A DNA stretch of 64,000 bases from a virus, in the IMG/VR virus record IMGVR_UViG_3300047509_000156, positions 42,482-106,481 of that record; one strand, 5' to 3'. The position numbers and the translations under genes are program-made. The notes under the pieces were generated by a model. The model did not search any database and was not told where the DNA came from. It worked only from the letters and a program-made list of their open reading frames with translations. Shown piece after piece: positions 1 through 9,431 of this stretch. Position 1 is the stretch's first letter; each line of letters begins with the position of its first letter.

Positions 1-150
1 AAGGACGAAGTTGGGACCGGCGATGGAGGTGGGGATGCCCTCGGTGTTGCTCATGTCGAGCAACTGGGCAGTTTCCTGCACGTTCCATTCCTGGGTCGCG
101 TACAGTGTTCCCGCGATGGTTATGCGGGCATCGACGGCACGGCGGCGCAT
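1..150 (-). CDS. Probable tail tube protein, N-terminus (runs off window edge)
   Basis: MRRRAVDARITIAGTLYATQEWNVQETAQLLDMSNTEG...; the W-x-V...D-x-S/T pattern resembles tube proteins; follows the terminator-like gene; RBS AGAAGAGGTATCC is identical to that of the capsid gene. Confidence 0.55.
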   Translation of the reverse strand, partial: MRRRAVDARITIAGTLYATQEWNVQETAQLLDMSNTEGIPTSIAGPNFVL

Positions 151-219
151 GGGATACCTCTTCTCTGGGGTGTTCCGGCCCCGCGCGAATCCTAGCAGAA
201 GAGGCGTATATGGGAACAG

Positions 220-741
220 TCAGCCCGTTCCCTGACAGGGTTCAACCACCTCGAAGGAGATGTGAAGCGCCGACACGTCGTAGTTCTCGTACCACGCCGG
301 CCTGTCGATGGGAGGGTCCTCGTCGTAGTTTACCTCGTAGAGTTCGCTGTACTGCCCTGTGACCGTAACCTCCGTTGGAGACCCGGCGACGGCGCGGACG
401 CAGATTTGCTGCCAGGAGAGGTAATCTGGAAGTCCTGCCGTGTTGTCGAGGTTTCCTGCTGCGATGCGGGTGAGTTCGACGATGTAGGTGTTCAGTTTCG
501 TGTTCAGGCCGTTGGCGCGGGGATCGGCTGTCGTGTTCCAGACGGAGCGGACTGGACGCCCTGAGCAGGTGACGTAGATGAGGGGAAGATTCTCAGGAAC
601 GATGTCGGCCTCTTTTTTCGGCACTTTTCCAGTTATAACCGTGACCGGCGTGCCATTCGTTGTCGCCAGGCTCAGGCCGCTGACGACGTTGTAGGTGCCA
701 ACGAGAAGATCATTCCAATTGGATACGGGTGTGGTAGGCAT
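220..741 (-). CDS. Putative tail terminator/completion protein
   Basis: 173 aa with a PLIYV motif and a C-terminal alternating beta strand; lies just upstream of the putative tube gene. Confidence 0.45.
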   Translation of the reverse strand: MPTTPVSNWNDLLVGTYNVVSGLSLATTNGTPVTVITGKVPKKEADIVPENLPLIYVTCSGRPVRSVWNTTADPRANGLNTKLNTYIVELTRIAAGNLDNTAGLPDYLSWQQICVRAVAGSPTEVTVTGQYSELYEVNYDEDPPIDRPAWYENYDVSALHISFEVVEPCQGTG

Positions 742-745
742 GCCG

Positions 746-1522
746 CTATTCTAGCGGCGGCAGGCCGACAGCGGCGCGGCCATAGGCGATGCAGGCTTTC
801 GACAGATAGGCGTTGGCGTCGATAATCGAGTTGTACCGGCGGCGAAGAGGCTCTCGAAACCCATCTCTTTCGTCAACTTCTCCTTCCAAGAGGCCAGCAA
901 CGCCTTTCACAATCATGCTTCTGTCTTCAGGACTGACATATGGATACTCGCCAAGGTATTCAAGAATACTGCAATACCAGCGGTAGTATTCCCTTCCCTC
1001 GAAAATTGGTACTACTGTTGACGGCGCACGGTCGCGTAGTACGACCTCCTCGATGGGGTGTTTGCTGAAGATAATGTCGGCGTGCTTGAGGAACCGTTCC
1101 TGCGTCAGGGCGATCCGGGCGATGAATCCACGACGGAAGACGACGCTCATATCGCCGGGACGCATATCGCGATAGAGAGGTTCGCGGTTGTGCAGGCACT
1201 GTAGCGGCATGTCGCCTGTCATCTCTTCCCAGACGAGTGGAAAAAGTTCTAACTCGCGGTAGAGGATATCCCTGGTGTCCATGTCGTCGCAAGCACAAGT
1301 GCCGTTTGTGTGCTGCCCACCGCCACGCTTGCGGACACAGGAACCACAGGAGCATTTCTGACGCACCGGATCGAGCGTCAACTGGCCACGGATAAAATCG
1401 GCCAGGTTGTCGCGGCCGTTTTCCTCGAACCAGTCGGCCAGTGCCAGACGCGGTAGATCGTCTCGTGGGGATTCGAGGATAGAGTACATCAGGCTGACGC
1501 CGGTATCGACGGTCAATCGCAT
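746..1522 (-). CDS. TIGR02996 domain protein
   Basis: SILESPRDDLPRLALADWFEENG..ADFIRGQ and FRRGFIARI motifs; AGGAGG RBS before ATG 1522. Confidence 0.85.
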   Translation of the reverse strand: MRLTVDTGVSLMYSILESPRDDLPRLALADWFEENGRDNLADFIRGQLTLDPVRQKCSCGSCVRKRGGGQHTNGTCACDDMDTRDILYRELELFPLVWEEMTGDMPLQCLHNREPLYRDMRPGDMSVVFRRGFIARIALTQERFLKHADIIFSKHPIEEVVLRDRAPSTVVPIFEGREYYRWYCSILEYLGEYPYVSPEDRSMIVKGVAGLLEGEVDERDGFREPLRRRYNSIIDANAYLSKACIAYGRAAVGLPPLE

Positions 1523-1999
1523 ATCCTCCTGGCGATCGTGGTCCAGTATGCCAGTTTTTTGCGGAGTATCGGCGCACAGGTGATAACCGTGCCGTCCTTC
1601 ACGGTAAAGCCGGCACAAAGATAGGACGTGGTTACTTGATACAGGCCATCAGCAAGGTTTGTTTTCACAGCTTAACCACACTGCCGTCGCAAATTTCGTT
1701 CAGGAACGGATATTCGGCATTCTGCGGGTGATCGTAGTATTTCCTGCCGCAGTCCGAGCAGACGCAATCGCCACCGCAGCGGTCCCGGTCGAGGCGCGCC
1801 ACGTCCTTACATCGCAGCACCTCACGTGTCCTTGACGTGGCTACCTGTCGTCTCTCGACGGCGTGGAGCCAGCACAGATGGGTGAGGCTATCGCCTCACC
1901 CAGATGGGTGGGTTACTGGCAGGCTGGCGTCGGGAACGCTATCGCAATACTCCGTCGCCTCGTCGCAGAAAGCACACGTCAGGGATACTTCGGCTGGTT

Positions 2000-2293
2000 T
2001 CATCGACTGTCCTCGTAGTTGTTTCTCGTCAGATTACGGATCTCCGCATCAATTCCCTCGGAGTCGAGGGTAATGTGCGTTCTTGGTTTAGTGGCGAAGA
2101 ACTCCTCGATCTTCTGCCGCACTTCACCGGCTGTCATGGTGCCCGGCCAGGTGGTGCGGTATTCCTTGAACTCGCTGTAGCATTCTCCGCAGATGTAGTA
2201 GCCGCACAGAAGGCCGCAGTGGGGGCAGGGGAAGTTCACAACGTCGCACATACAGTTCCCGCAGCCGTACCGGTGGCAGGCAAGTACGCTCAT
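2000..2293 (-). CDS. Cys-rich hypothetical protein
   Basis: Several CxxC motifs; start overlaps the upstream gene stop. Confidence 0.55.
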   Translation of the reverse strand: MSVLACHRYGCGNCMCDVVNFPCPHCGLLCGYYICGECYSEFKEYRTTWPGTMTAGEVRQKIEEFFATKPRTHITLDSEGIDAEIRNLTRNNYEDSR

Positions 2294-2730
2294 TTATTCA
2301 TCTCCTCTTCCATCAACCCCGTCGCTTCGAGGAAGAACGCCGCGATACCTACGCGAAGCATATCCACGGGAGAAACTCCATTATCCTTGGCTGCCTTTAT
2401 CGTTGCGGCGGCAACGATGATCAGACTGTCGTCTTTCATGGCGCGGTGGATGTCGTTCTCGCTGAACCAGGATTCCCCCATGCACTCCAGTCGCCGCATC
2501 CGCCCAGGAGCGGGCGCCTTGAGTGTACCCTTCTCCACATTGACGCCAATATTAGCTTCGAGTAGTCCCAGAATGCCGACAACGAAGGCGTCCTTGACGA
2601 GCCTCTGCACGTCGGTGTCCTCCGGATCGAACGGATGCCGGCGGATCAGGTCCTCGATGCCTCCTCCACGGCGAAGGTTCTGCCAGAGAGCGTCGGCAAC
2701 GGCAGCGTGTTCTTCAGGTACGTCGGACAT
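2290..2730 (-). CDS. Hypothetical protein
   Basis: AGGAGA RBS; GTCACA-N15-CGTAT promoter at 2762-2787. Confidence 0.7.
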   Translation of the reverse strand: MSDVPEEHAAVADALWQNLRRGGGIEDLIRRHPFDPEDTDVQRLVKDAFVVGILGLLEANIGVNVEKGTLKAPAPGRMRRLECMGESWFSENDIHRAMKDDSLIIVAAATIKAAKDNGVSPVDMLRVGIAAFFLEATGLMEEEMNK

Positions 2731-2801
2731 GGGTGTTCTCCTGGGTGGGCGACTCTATCCTATACGCGGCCGTCGCTATTGTGTGACAGGAAACCCGGAC
2801 G

Positions 2802-2987
2802 TTACGGCGTCATCCCCATTCGATATGTCTTCTGTAGGCTCATCCGAGACTGCCAGGATTTACCCTTTTCCTGCCTCCAGATCCACAGGTAGCACAGCCT
2901 ATCGCACCAGACGCAGTAGACATCCCACGTCCCCCACGGATCGGCGACGGGGACAGGCTTGCCGCAGTGGGGGCAGGGGAAGTTCAC
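2802..2987 (-). CDS. Small Zn-ribbon protein
   Basis: GTG overlapping upstream TGA; FPCPHCG...CVWC. Confidence 0.5.
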   Translation of the reverse strand: MNFPCPHCGKPVPVADPWGTWDVYCVWCDRLCYLWIWRQEKGKSWQSRMSLQKTYRMGMTP

Positions 2988-3265
2988 GTCGTCCTCTCGG
3001 GGATTGCCGCGATGTCGAACTCGATGGGTTCGACTGGTTCTCCCTTGTCGTACCTGCTGATGAAATCCTGCAAGGCATCCGGTGTCAGGTGTCTTCCACC
3101 GCCAATACTGACGTGAAAGGGACTGACACTGACGTAGTTCGTCAGGAGCGGGTCGTACTGCTCGGGCCAGCCGAGTGTCCTGAGAATGCACAGCGACCCG
3201 GCGCACTTGCGGGCGTCGCTCCTGATGCCCCTGTCGATGTCTTCCTGCGTTATCTGGAATTTCAT
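2984..3265 (-). CDS. Hypothetical phage protein
   Basis: MKFQITQEDIDRG...FISRYDKGEPVEPIEF; GGAGA RBS. Confidence 0.7.
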   Translation of the reverse strand: MKFQITQEDIDRGIRSDARKCAGSLCILRTLGWPEQYDPLLTNYVSVSPFHVSIGGGRHLTPDALQDFISRYDKGEPVEPIEFDIAAIPERTT

Positions 3266-3627
3266 GGGTCTCTCCTTCCGAATGTCTGCTTGACCGCCTC
3301 AATGATGGCAGAAACGTCCTCTTCCGTGCCGCGTTTCTTCGTGATGGGCAGGAAATACTTACCGCTCGACGGCCACCACTGAAATATCTGCGCCGAGCCT
3401 TCGTAGAGACAGACGTGAGGAACTTTGGCCGGTTGAATCATACTGATGCGGACCTCGATCCCCAGTGGCGTCATGGCGTCTGTTAGTTGTCGTAGAATGT
3501 CGGCGTAGTCACCCGTATCATCGGTGCCGACGCCAGAGTGTTCGCCACCGCCCATTCCACGTTGGCGTGGTCTCCTTCGCCTGCCTCCTCTTGGCTGTGT
3601 CATGTCGTTCTCTGGCTCCTGTGACAC
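3262..3627 (-). CDS. Hypothetical protein
   Basis: ORF in a coupled chain; start uncertain. Confidence 0.5.
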   Translation of the reverse strand: MSQEPENDMTQPRGGRRRRPRQRGMGGGEHSGVGTDDTGDYADILRQLTDAMTPLGIEVRISMIQPAKVPHVCLYEGSAQIFQWWPSSGKYFLPITKKRGTEEDVSAIIEAVKQTFGRRDP

Positions 3628-3705
3628 GTTTTCGCTCGTCCACCACTCCTCTTCGCCCGCCTCGCGGATTCGGCAAGGCAGTGCGTTATCCTCGCAGTAC
3701 CACTT

Positions 3706-4035
3706 TCACACTGTCTCCAGCGGTGAAAGAAGCGGCATGTCGAGCGTGACGACGAGTTCTCCTGTTTCTAGAGCGTTCTCGAATCGCGCCGAATCGTACT
3801 CGTCGAGTTCGATACCGCACACCGTTCGCGCCTCGGCTGTCGGCAGGGGAATGTCTCTCACCTTGTAGCGTTTCTGCGACTCGATCACCTTCTCGCGTCT
3901 TCGCCTCAGTTCTCCCGTGACGAATCGTCGCAGATCGTCTTCGAGCCAGTCCTGCCGATCCAGCCAGTCTAGGTAGCCAATCGGGATATCACTCCACCGC
4001 TTCCCGACGTACTTCCCGAACGGCATGACTCGCAT
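3706..4035 (-). CDS. DUF3820-like protein
   Basis: MPFGKY.G...DIP..YL.WL motif. Confidence 0.7.
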   Translation of the reverse strand: MRVMPFGKYVGKRWSDIPIGYLDWLDRQDWLEDDLRRFVTGELRRRREKVIESQKRYKVRDIPLPTAEARTVCGIELDEYDSARFENALETGELVVTLDMPLLSPLETV

Positions 4036-4633
4036 AATAGTTTCCCTCTGCGCAGACCTTCCCCCGGCACACTCCCTCACTCCCTCCTGGGTCCTGTAAG
4101 CCTTCGTGTCCTACCCTGCGTGGGAACAGCGATCATCTGCGTCGTGGCTTGTGCCGCGATCAGGATGCTCTTGTTCCCACTGCCGGATCGTTTGCGATTT
4201 TGACTGGGCGAGTGTCGTTTCGCGTTGGCTTTCTTACAGTCCCCTATCGGTCGTTCGGTCGTTTCGGTGTGTTCGGCGGCCTGGGCTATTGGCCATAACC
4301 GCCTCTCCGACACCGGCCACCCCTCGGAACGTCGCTTTCCGCTTGGAACCCGTAGGTCCTCTTCCCTAGCCCGCCAGGAACTACCCCCGGCCTGCTGGAC
4401 TACCGACTTGCTGGCGGGAATCGGCCTTTCGTGGGAAAGTGATCAGCAAGTACCACTTTCGCAGCCGACGCACCGGCGTTTCGTCTCCGGCGCTTCTCTT
4501 GTCGATGGGGTTCGTCTTGCGGCACTTGGAAGGGAATCCTAGAATTGCCTTCATGGTGACGCCGCCAAGCAGACACCATCGTGCCGAACTCGTTCTGGGT
4601 TCGGCATCGTTATTGATACAGTATCTCCCGCTT

Positions 4634-5470
4634 CTACGCAATCAGTCTTCCGAGAGTCAACTTGTCCGACAGGTCGATCTGCCGCTTCCGCCGATCCGCC
4701 TGGGCATAGAGTGCCCGCATGAATCCTGGGTGCGCACGCAACTTGTCCAACGCCCGCGCCACCAGTTGCCGCACCCTCTCCCTGGTAATTCCCAACTCGT
4801 TGCCGATATCCTGTAACGTCCTATCCTCGAAGACGTGCAGGCAAAGAAGACGGAAATCGCGGTCGCTGTCCACGGTGATTTTGAGCAGCAAGAGCAGTTG
4901 CTCTGGTAACTCTTTCTCGACTTCCTCGGTTTCCTCTCGGTCGAGAACCTCGAAGATGTGGTTCTCCTCGCGATGTGATGACGGGTTGCCGTGAGAGTCG
5001 CTTACTCGCTCCAGTTCGCTGAAATGGATGGGAATGCGGATTTGGTTCTTGCTTCCACTCCGGTACTGAGGCCCGACACGCAGATCAGCCGATTCGGCTG
5101 CGATGCCGATGTATGAGCGTATCCAGTGGTAGGCAAAAGAGGAAAACTTGGCGCCAGTTTCCTCATCCCACGGCAAATCGCTGTAGGGGTGCCATGCCCA
5201 CGGAGTAATGTACCGCTGGGCGGCAACAGATAGTCCTATCCAGCCGGCGTCGATCAGGTCGTCGAAGTATTGATCGGTGATGGCTTTGAAACCAACAACG
5301 GCCCAGCCATAGCGCCGACGTGCCAGGGCGCAGGCGATCCGCCGCGCCTCCTTCCATACCAGTCCCTGGTTGTCGGTAACGAGTTGTTGCTCCTCGGGAG
5401 TCAGTTTTCGCAGGGGTGCGTACTTGACCCTACCCGAAAGGTGCCCAAGATGATGATTGTCGGCGTCCAT
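4634..5470 (-). CDS. Phage sigma70-family RNA polymerase sigma factor
   Basis: N.GLV...A, DDLIDAGWIGL, AKFSSFAYHWIR (region 2); TLQDIGNELGITRERVRQL..RALDKLR (region 4); AAGGAG RBS. Confidence 0.9.
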   Translation of the reverse strand: MDADNHHLGHLSGRVKYAPLRKLTPEEQQLVTDNQGLVWKEARRIACALARRRYGWAVVGFKAITDQYFDDLIDAGWIGLSVAAQRYITPWAWHPYSDLPWDEETGAKFSSFAYHWIRSYIGIAAESADLRVGPQYRSGSKNQIRIPIHFSELERVSDSHGNPSSHREENHIFEVLDREETEEVEKELPEQLLLLLKITVDSDRDFRLLCLHVFEDRTLQDIGNELGITRERVRQLVARALDKLRAHPGFMRALYAQADRRKRQIDLSDKLTLGRLIA

Positions 5471-5534
5471 GTTTCTCCTTCGCTGACTGGCCACGGATGT
5501 TAGAAGCATCGCGTGGCCTTTCCCTTATATACGC

Positions 5535-5795
5535 TCAATCGGGCAACTTGTGACAGACGTGATCGGGTTGCACGTCCTCACCGGCTGCCGGGATACCCAA
5601 CAGGGCAGCGGGGGCGCCGAAAGATTCGAGAACACCGTCGCGCATTTTCTCGTAGCCTTCGGCGTACTGTGCCGAACCGCACTCGTCCGTCATGTAGACG
5701 GGCAAGCCGCGATCGGGTGCCATGATCCATTCTTGTTGGGGCAGCATACCAAAGACGCTCCCCAGCGACACGATGATCGAGTCCTTCTCTTCCAT
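5535..5795 (-). CDS. Hypothetical protein
   Basis: ORF with RBS in the minus-strand chain. Confidence 0.5.
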   Translation of the reverse strand: MEEKDSIIVSLGSVFGMLPQQEWIMAPDRGLPVYMTDECGSAQYAEGYEKMRDGVLESFGAPAALLGIPAAGEDVQPDHVCHKLPD

Positions 5796-5796
5796 C

Positions 5797-6183
5797 TCAC
5801 ACTCTCTTCTGTACGTAGGTATTGATCCTCTGATCGTTCAACCCGGTAGCCACCCCACCCATGCGGACGATGTTCCACGTCGTTCCATCGGCTAGAGTCC
5901 AGTAGTCGGCAATCTTCGGTTTCGGACATGGTGATGGAGTCGCGGCGGCAAGGATCTCGGCCCAGACTTCCACCATCTTCGTCGATTTGGCAAGCGTGGC
6001 GCCGACGTGGGATACCTCGATAGCCGTCAGGGGACGGGATTTCACGAACGGCATTCCGTATTTTACAAACACCCCGTCTGACACCTTGACGTTCAGGGTC
6101 ACTGTCTGATTGCTTTGTGCTTCCGGCTCGGTATTCGGTTCAGTCAGCCAATGAAAATCGCCTCCAAGGATGGCGTCGAGCAT
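5797..6183 (-). CDS. Putative head-closure/head-tail joining protein
   Basis: 128 aa; PK..D....ADGTTWNI motif; position between adaptor and terminator. Confidence 0.5.
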   Translation of the reverse strand: MLDAILGGDFHWLTEPNTEPEAQSNQTVTLNVKVSDGVFVKYGMPFVKSRPLTAIEVSHVGATLAKSTKMVEVWAEILAAATPSPCPKPKIADYWTLADGTTWNIVRMGGVATGLNDQRINTYVQKRV

Positions 6184-6279
6184 TTTCCTCTACCTCTCGT
6201 CTGCAAAGACTATAGGATAGATTGAAAGCCCTGGCGTGGTGTAAACACCCAGGGCACGACACGAACCACCTTCAGGGAG

Positions 6280-6900
6280 ATGGCCATGTCCAGTCAGGAT
6301 ACTCCTTTTCGGCTAGCCAGGAAATGCCTTTGGTGCGGGACCGGCTTTGTCGCTAGGCTCTGTGACGTTGTCAGGGGAAGGGGGAACTTTTGCAGCCGCA
6401 CCTGTTCGTCAAGGTACAGGTGCGCAAACAGTAAATTTTCCACGACTGATCTGTTCTGGTTGAAGGTCGATAAGAATGGACCTGTGCAGGAGCATTGTCC
6501 AGAAATAGGACCATGCTGGGTGTGGACGGCCTGTAAGTTTCCCAACGGATACGGCAAGTTTCGTAGCGGGTCGGCCCACCGTGCCAGTTGGAAGATCAGC
6601 AATGGCGACATCCCAGAAGGCATTAGAGTTCTCCATCGCTGCGACAATCCTCCGTGCGTAAATCCATGCCACCTCTTTCTTGGGACCGACGCTGACAATA
6701 AGCAAGACGCGGTTGCCAAGTGTAGGCATTATTGCGGCGACGGCCACCATCTGGCGGTTCTGAACGAGGAAATCGTTCGCAAGGCGCGAGCGATGTACGA
6801 GAATGGTATGAGAGCCTGCGATGTTGCTCGTAGCCTCGATGCTCCTTATGGGCCGATACTGCAAGCCGTCACTAGGAGAACGTGGAAGCATGTCTCCTAG
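6280..6900 (+). CDS. HNH homing endonuclease
   Basis: CWVWT..GYG..AHRASW..VLHRCDNPPCVNPCHLFLGT..DN; N-terminal Zn finger, C-terminal HTH; antisense to the operon. Confidence 0.92.
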   Translation: MAMSSQDTPFRLARKCLWCGTGFVARLCDVVRGRGNFCSRTCSSRYRCANSKFSTTDLFWLKVDKNGPVQEHCPEIGPCWVWTACKFPNGYGKFRSGSAHRASWKISNGDIPEGIRVLHRCDNPPCVNPCHLFLGTDADNKQDAVAKCRHYCGDGHHLAVLNEEIVRKARAMYENGMRACDVARSLDAPYGPILQAVTRRTWKHVS

Positions 6901-7208
6901 TCGCAGGTCGGGCAGCGGTATCCTTTGAGACGTTCGTGGACCATTATACCGCCGCACTTCGCACAGCGCCCGTCGTCGCGGCACAGCTTACCAATAGCCT
7001 CCTCTACGGCGGCGTCACGCTGTTCATCAGTCGAGCCGTTGAACGCCGACGCCACGAGTTTGTTGAGCGACTTCTTCGTGTCGTCTGGTATCCGCTTGTA
7101 CCAGCAGGAGGAGCAAATGCCACGCTCGCCCTCGTGGATCGAGTGCAGAACGCGGTTACAGCCTTCCACGGTACAGCGGTCGTGGACGGTGATTGTTCGG
7201 GTGGCCAT
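6897..7208 (-). CDS. Cys-rich hypothetical protein
   Basis: AAGGAG RBS; CxxC pairs. Confidence 0.6.
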   Translation of the reverse strand: MATRTITVHDRCTVEGCNRVLHSIHEGERGICSSCWYKRIPDDTKKSLNKLVASAFNGSTDEQRDAAVEEAIGKLCRDDGRCAKCGGIMVHERLKGYRCPTCD

Positions 7209-7219
7209 TCTCTTCTCCT

Positions 7220-7453
7220 TCAGACTGCCTTCTTTCGCACCTTGACCGTGACGACTCCAGCGACTGGGCCGTCAAACCGCCCCAACTCTTCCAGTTCGGG
7301 GAACTTCGCCAGGAGTTTCCGGACATAGCGATCCGCCTTGCCTGGGTCGATGTCCGTGCAGAAGGCGATCACTCCACCATTCATGGCCTGCTGGCCGATG
7401 ATCGTGATGCGGTCATCCTCGGGCAGATCGGCAATGTCGGCGAAGGCGGTCAT
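7220..7453 (-). CDS. Hypothetical protein
   Basis: ATG overlaps upstream stop. Confidence 0.55.
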   Translation of the reverse strand: MTAFADIADLPEDDRITIIGQQAMNGGVIAFCTDIDPGKADRYVRKLLAKFPELEELGRFDGPVAGVVTVKVRKKAV

Positions 7454-7659
7454 GATTGGCACCCCCGGATGCAGCGATAACCGTACAGACGATAATGGGC
7501 CATCTGTCCGCCACATTTGGGACAACAAAGGCCGGGGCCGTGTTGGACTTCTTCCTCATCCATCTCCTTGAGGATCGCGGCGGCCTTGGCACGGATCTCC
7601 TCGACGGTCAACTCGCGGCCCAGATCGGCGCCGCCGTCGCTTGGGTGGTACGGCCTCAT
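7450..7659 (-). CDS. Small Zn-ribbon protein
   Basis: CPKCGG...YRC; coupled ORF. Confidence 0.55.
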   Translation of the reverse strand: MRPYHPSDGGADLGRELTVEEIRAKAAAILKEMDEEEVQHGPGLCCPKCGGQMAHYRLYGYRCIRGCQS

Positions 7660-8105
7660 ATTCCCCCTCCTATGTGCTTCTCTGCTTCCTTACGGCGTTT
7701 CTCTTCCCAGAGAGCCTGTGCTTCTTCCGGCGTCGCGCCGACGGGGATCACGCGGTCGCCGTTCGCCTCGACCCAGTAGAACGCGGCCTGCTTGTGCAGG
7801 ACCCTACCGCAGGCAATGTCGGCCGCGTCGAGCGGCGCTTCCACGTAACTGAACAGGTCGAAGTGCGTGCCGCAGTGGACGCACATCGTCCCGCCGTAGA
7901 ATTTCGGATTTCTGGCGTAGGTCTCGCACAGGGCGAGCCCCATGTGCGTGTCGCAACCGCACTTCATGTGCCGGTAGGAGCGGTAGACGGGCATGACAAA
8001 ACCCTTGGCGCGTTCCTCTTCGGAGAGGACGAGATACGCTACCTGTTGCCCGTCTGGTTGATGTTCTCGCAGTCGCGGGTCTTTCGGATCGGTTGTCAGT
8101 CCCAT
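7656..8105 (-). CDS. Conserved phage Zn-binding hypothetical protein
   Basis: YLVLSEEERAKGFV...ETYARNPKFYGGT.C..C motif. Confidence 0.7.
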   Translation of the reverse strand: MGLTTDPKDPRLREHQPDGQQVAYLVLSEEERAKGFVMPVYRSYRHMKCGCDTHMGLALCETYARNPKFYGGTMCVHCGTHFDLFSYVEAPLDAADIACGRVLHKQAAFYWVEANGDRVIPVGATPEEAQALWEEKRRKEAEKHIGGGI

Positions 8106-8112
8106 CAGTACC

Positions 8113-9012
8113 TCAATTTGCGTTGACGTATGGCGCCAAGAGGCCCCCAGCTTCAGATGCCGTTATCGAATACTTGATCTGTTGCTGCATCATGGATAGC
8201 GCCGCGCCCTCATACGATAAATTTGAAAGCAGCGATCCAGCTCTTGTCGATGCCCTCAATTGCGCCACCATTCGCTCCGCTGCCAGGGTAATGTCGTAGG
8301 GTAGTTTATCCCAACCGGCACAGTACGTGACCATCAGGTTGCCCTGGCCGTTGATGGGCACCGTGGAGAGGTTGATCCCTGGCGCGTAATACTTGGTACT
8401 CCACGTCTGGTTAATCCGCCACAGACAACCGCAGCGCGAAGAAGAATCAGGCTGGTCCCTGTCGATCCAGTAGTCGTTGCCGTAGTAGAGTTGCGACGAT
8501 GGCGAAGAAAACGATCCCGGCACGCTGCCACCATATGACAGATCGTCCTGCACGATATTCGCCCCGAAGGAGAGCGTCGTCAACCCCGTCAACGCGGCAG
8601 CCTGCGACAGGGTGATCGTCCCCGTCCCCACCGTGGCAATCGTCGTCAGCGGCTGAATGGCAAACGAGCCGATACAGGATACCCCTTGGCCGGCGAAGAG
8701 GTACTTGGTACTGCTCATCCCCGTCACCACGCTCGATCCGGCGACCGTATTGCCCGTGTAGATGGGTGCCTGTACGGGCCGGTCGCGGAGGATAAGTGGC
8801 CCCTCCGAAGGTCCCGATCCCATCCAGGTGATCGGGTTGGCCGGGTTGGAGGCCAGCATTACCGTCCTTCCCAGGTGTTCCTGGATGGCTGCACTCACCT
8901 CGGCAATCAACTGGTTGAGGATGAAGTCGTAGAGCGTCTTGGAAGGCTGGATACCAAGGACGATCTTGACGGCCGGCAGGGAGGTACAGGGGTCTACGTT
9001 GGGGATGCTCAT
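8113..9012 (-). CDS. Head-tail adaptor/connector (gp6/gp15-like) with an inserted domain
   Basis: SL..VK..LGI, LI...SA.I...LGR, VTYCAGW..LP.DI..A, LLAPY motifs. Confidence 0.8.
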   Translation of the reverse strand: MSIPNVDPCTSLPAVKIVLGIQPSKTLYDFILNQLIAEVSAAIQEHLGRTVMLASNPANPITWMGSGPSEGPLILRDRPVQAPIYTGNTVAGSSVVTGMSSTKYLFAGQGVSCIGSFAIQPLTTIATVGTGTITLSQAAALTGLTTLSFGANIVQDDLSYGGSVPGSFSSPSSQLYYGNDYWIDRDQPDSSSRCGCLWRINQTWSTKYYAPGINLSTVPINGQGNLMVTYCAGWDKLPYDITLAAERMVAQLRASTRAGSLLSNLSYEGAALSMMQQQIKYSITASEAGGLLAPYVNAN

Positions 9013-9332
9013 CAGGACGAACCCACTTTATCTTTGAGAATGTTGCCTATGTGCCAGCCTTTACAGTCAGGGCATTCGTAGGCTTGCAGGACAAAGCCGG
9101 GTCGCTTGCCCATGTGAGAGATAGCTTTTTCAGCCTTCTCTTTGGATCGGTAGCAGGTTTTTCGCACACATCGGTGGTAGATATGTTGTAGCCTGCCATT
9201 ACTTCCTGCTGTTTCTCTGTGGTTGCCGGACAGGTTCAATATATCTGATGCTTTTTCCACAGAGCCACAGATCGATGTCCCGTTCCAGTTCACGCCGCGA
9301 GAACGCCGACGTGGCGAAGACCCATTCGCCAT
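9012..9332 (-). CDS. Hypothetical protein
   Basis: K.CY.S...A...AYECPDCKGWHI motif common in phages; start uncertain. Confidence 0.55.
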   Translation of the reverse strand: MANGSSPRRRSRGVNWNGTSICGSVEKASDILNLSGNHRETAGSNGRLQHIYHRCVRKTCYRSKEKAEKAISHMGKRPGFVLQAYECPDCKGWHIGNILKDKVGSS

Positions 9333-9431
9333 TCGCCATCACCCCATCGTCGGATCGGAAAACATACCCAACCCATACTCGCAGTTCCGAGACGAGCGGA
9401 TGGCGCTGACAGCGGATCTGGGTGACGTGGC

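Noticed and set aside
1904-3382. 492-aa plus-strand ORF and similar long shadow ORFs (e.g. 30562-31794, 13739-14623)
   Set aside because: Antisense to better-supported genes in high-GC DNA
6199-6228. 30-mer ending GATTGAAAG resembling a type I-B repeat
   Set aside because: Overlaps the likely -10 of the HNH gene and lacks similarity to the other units
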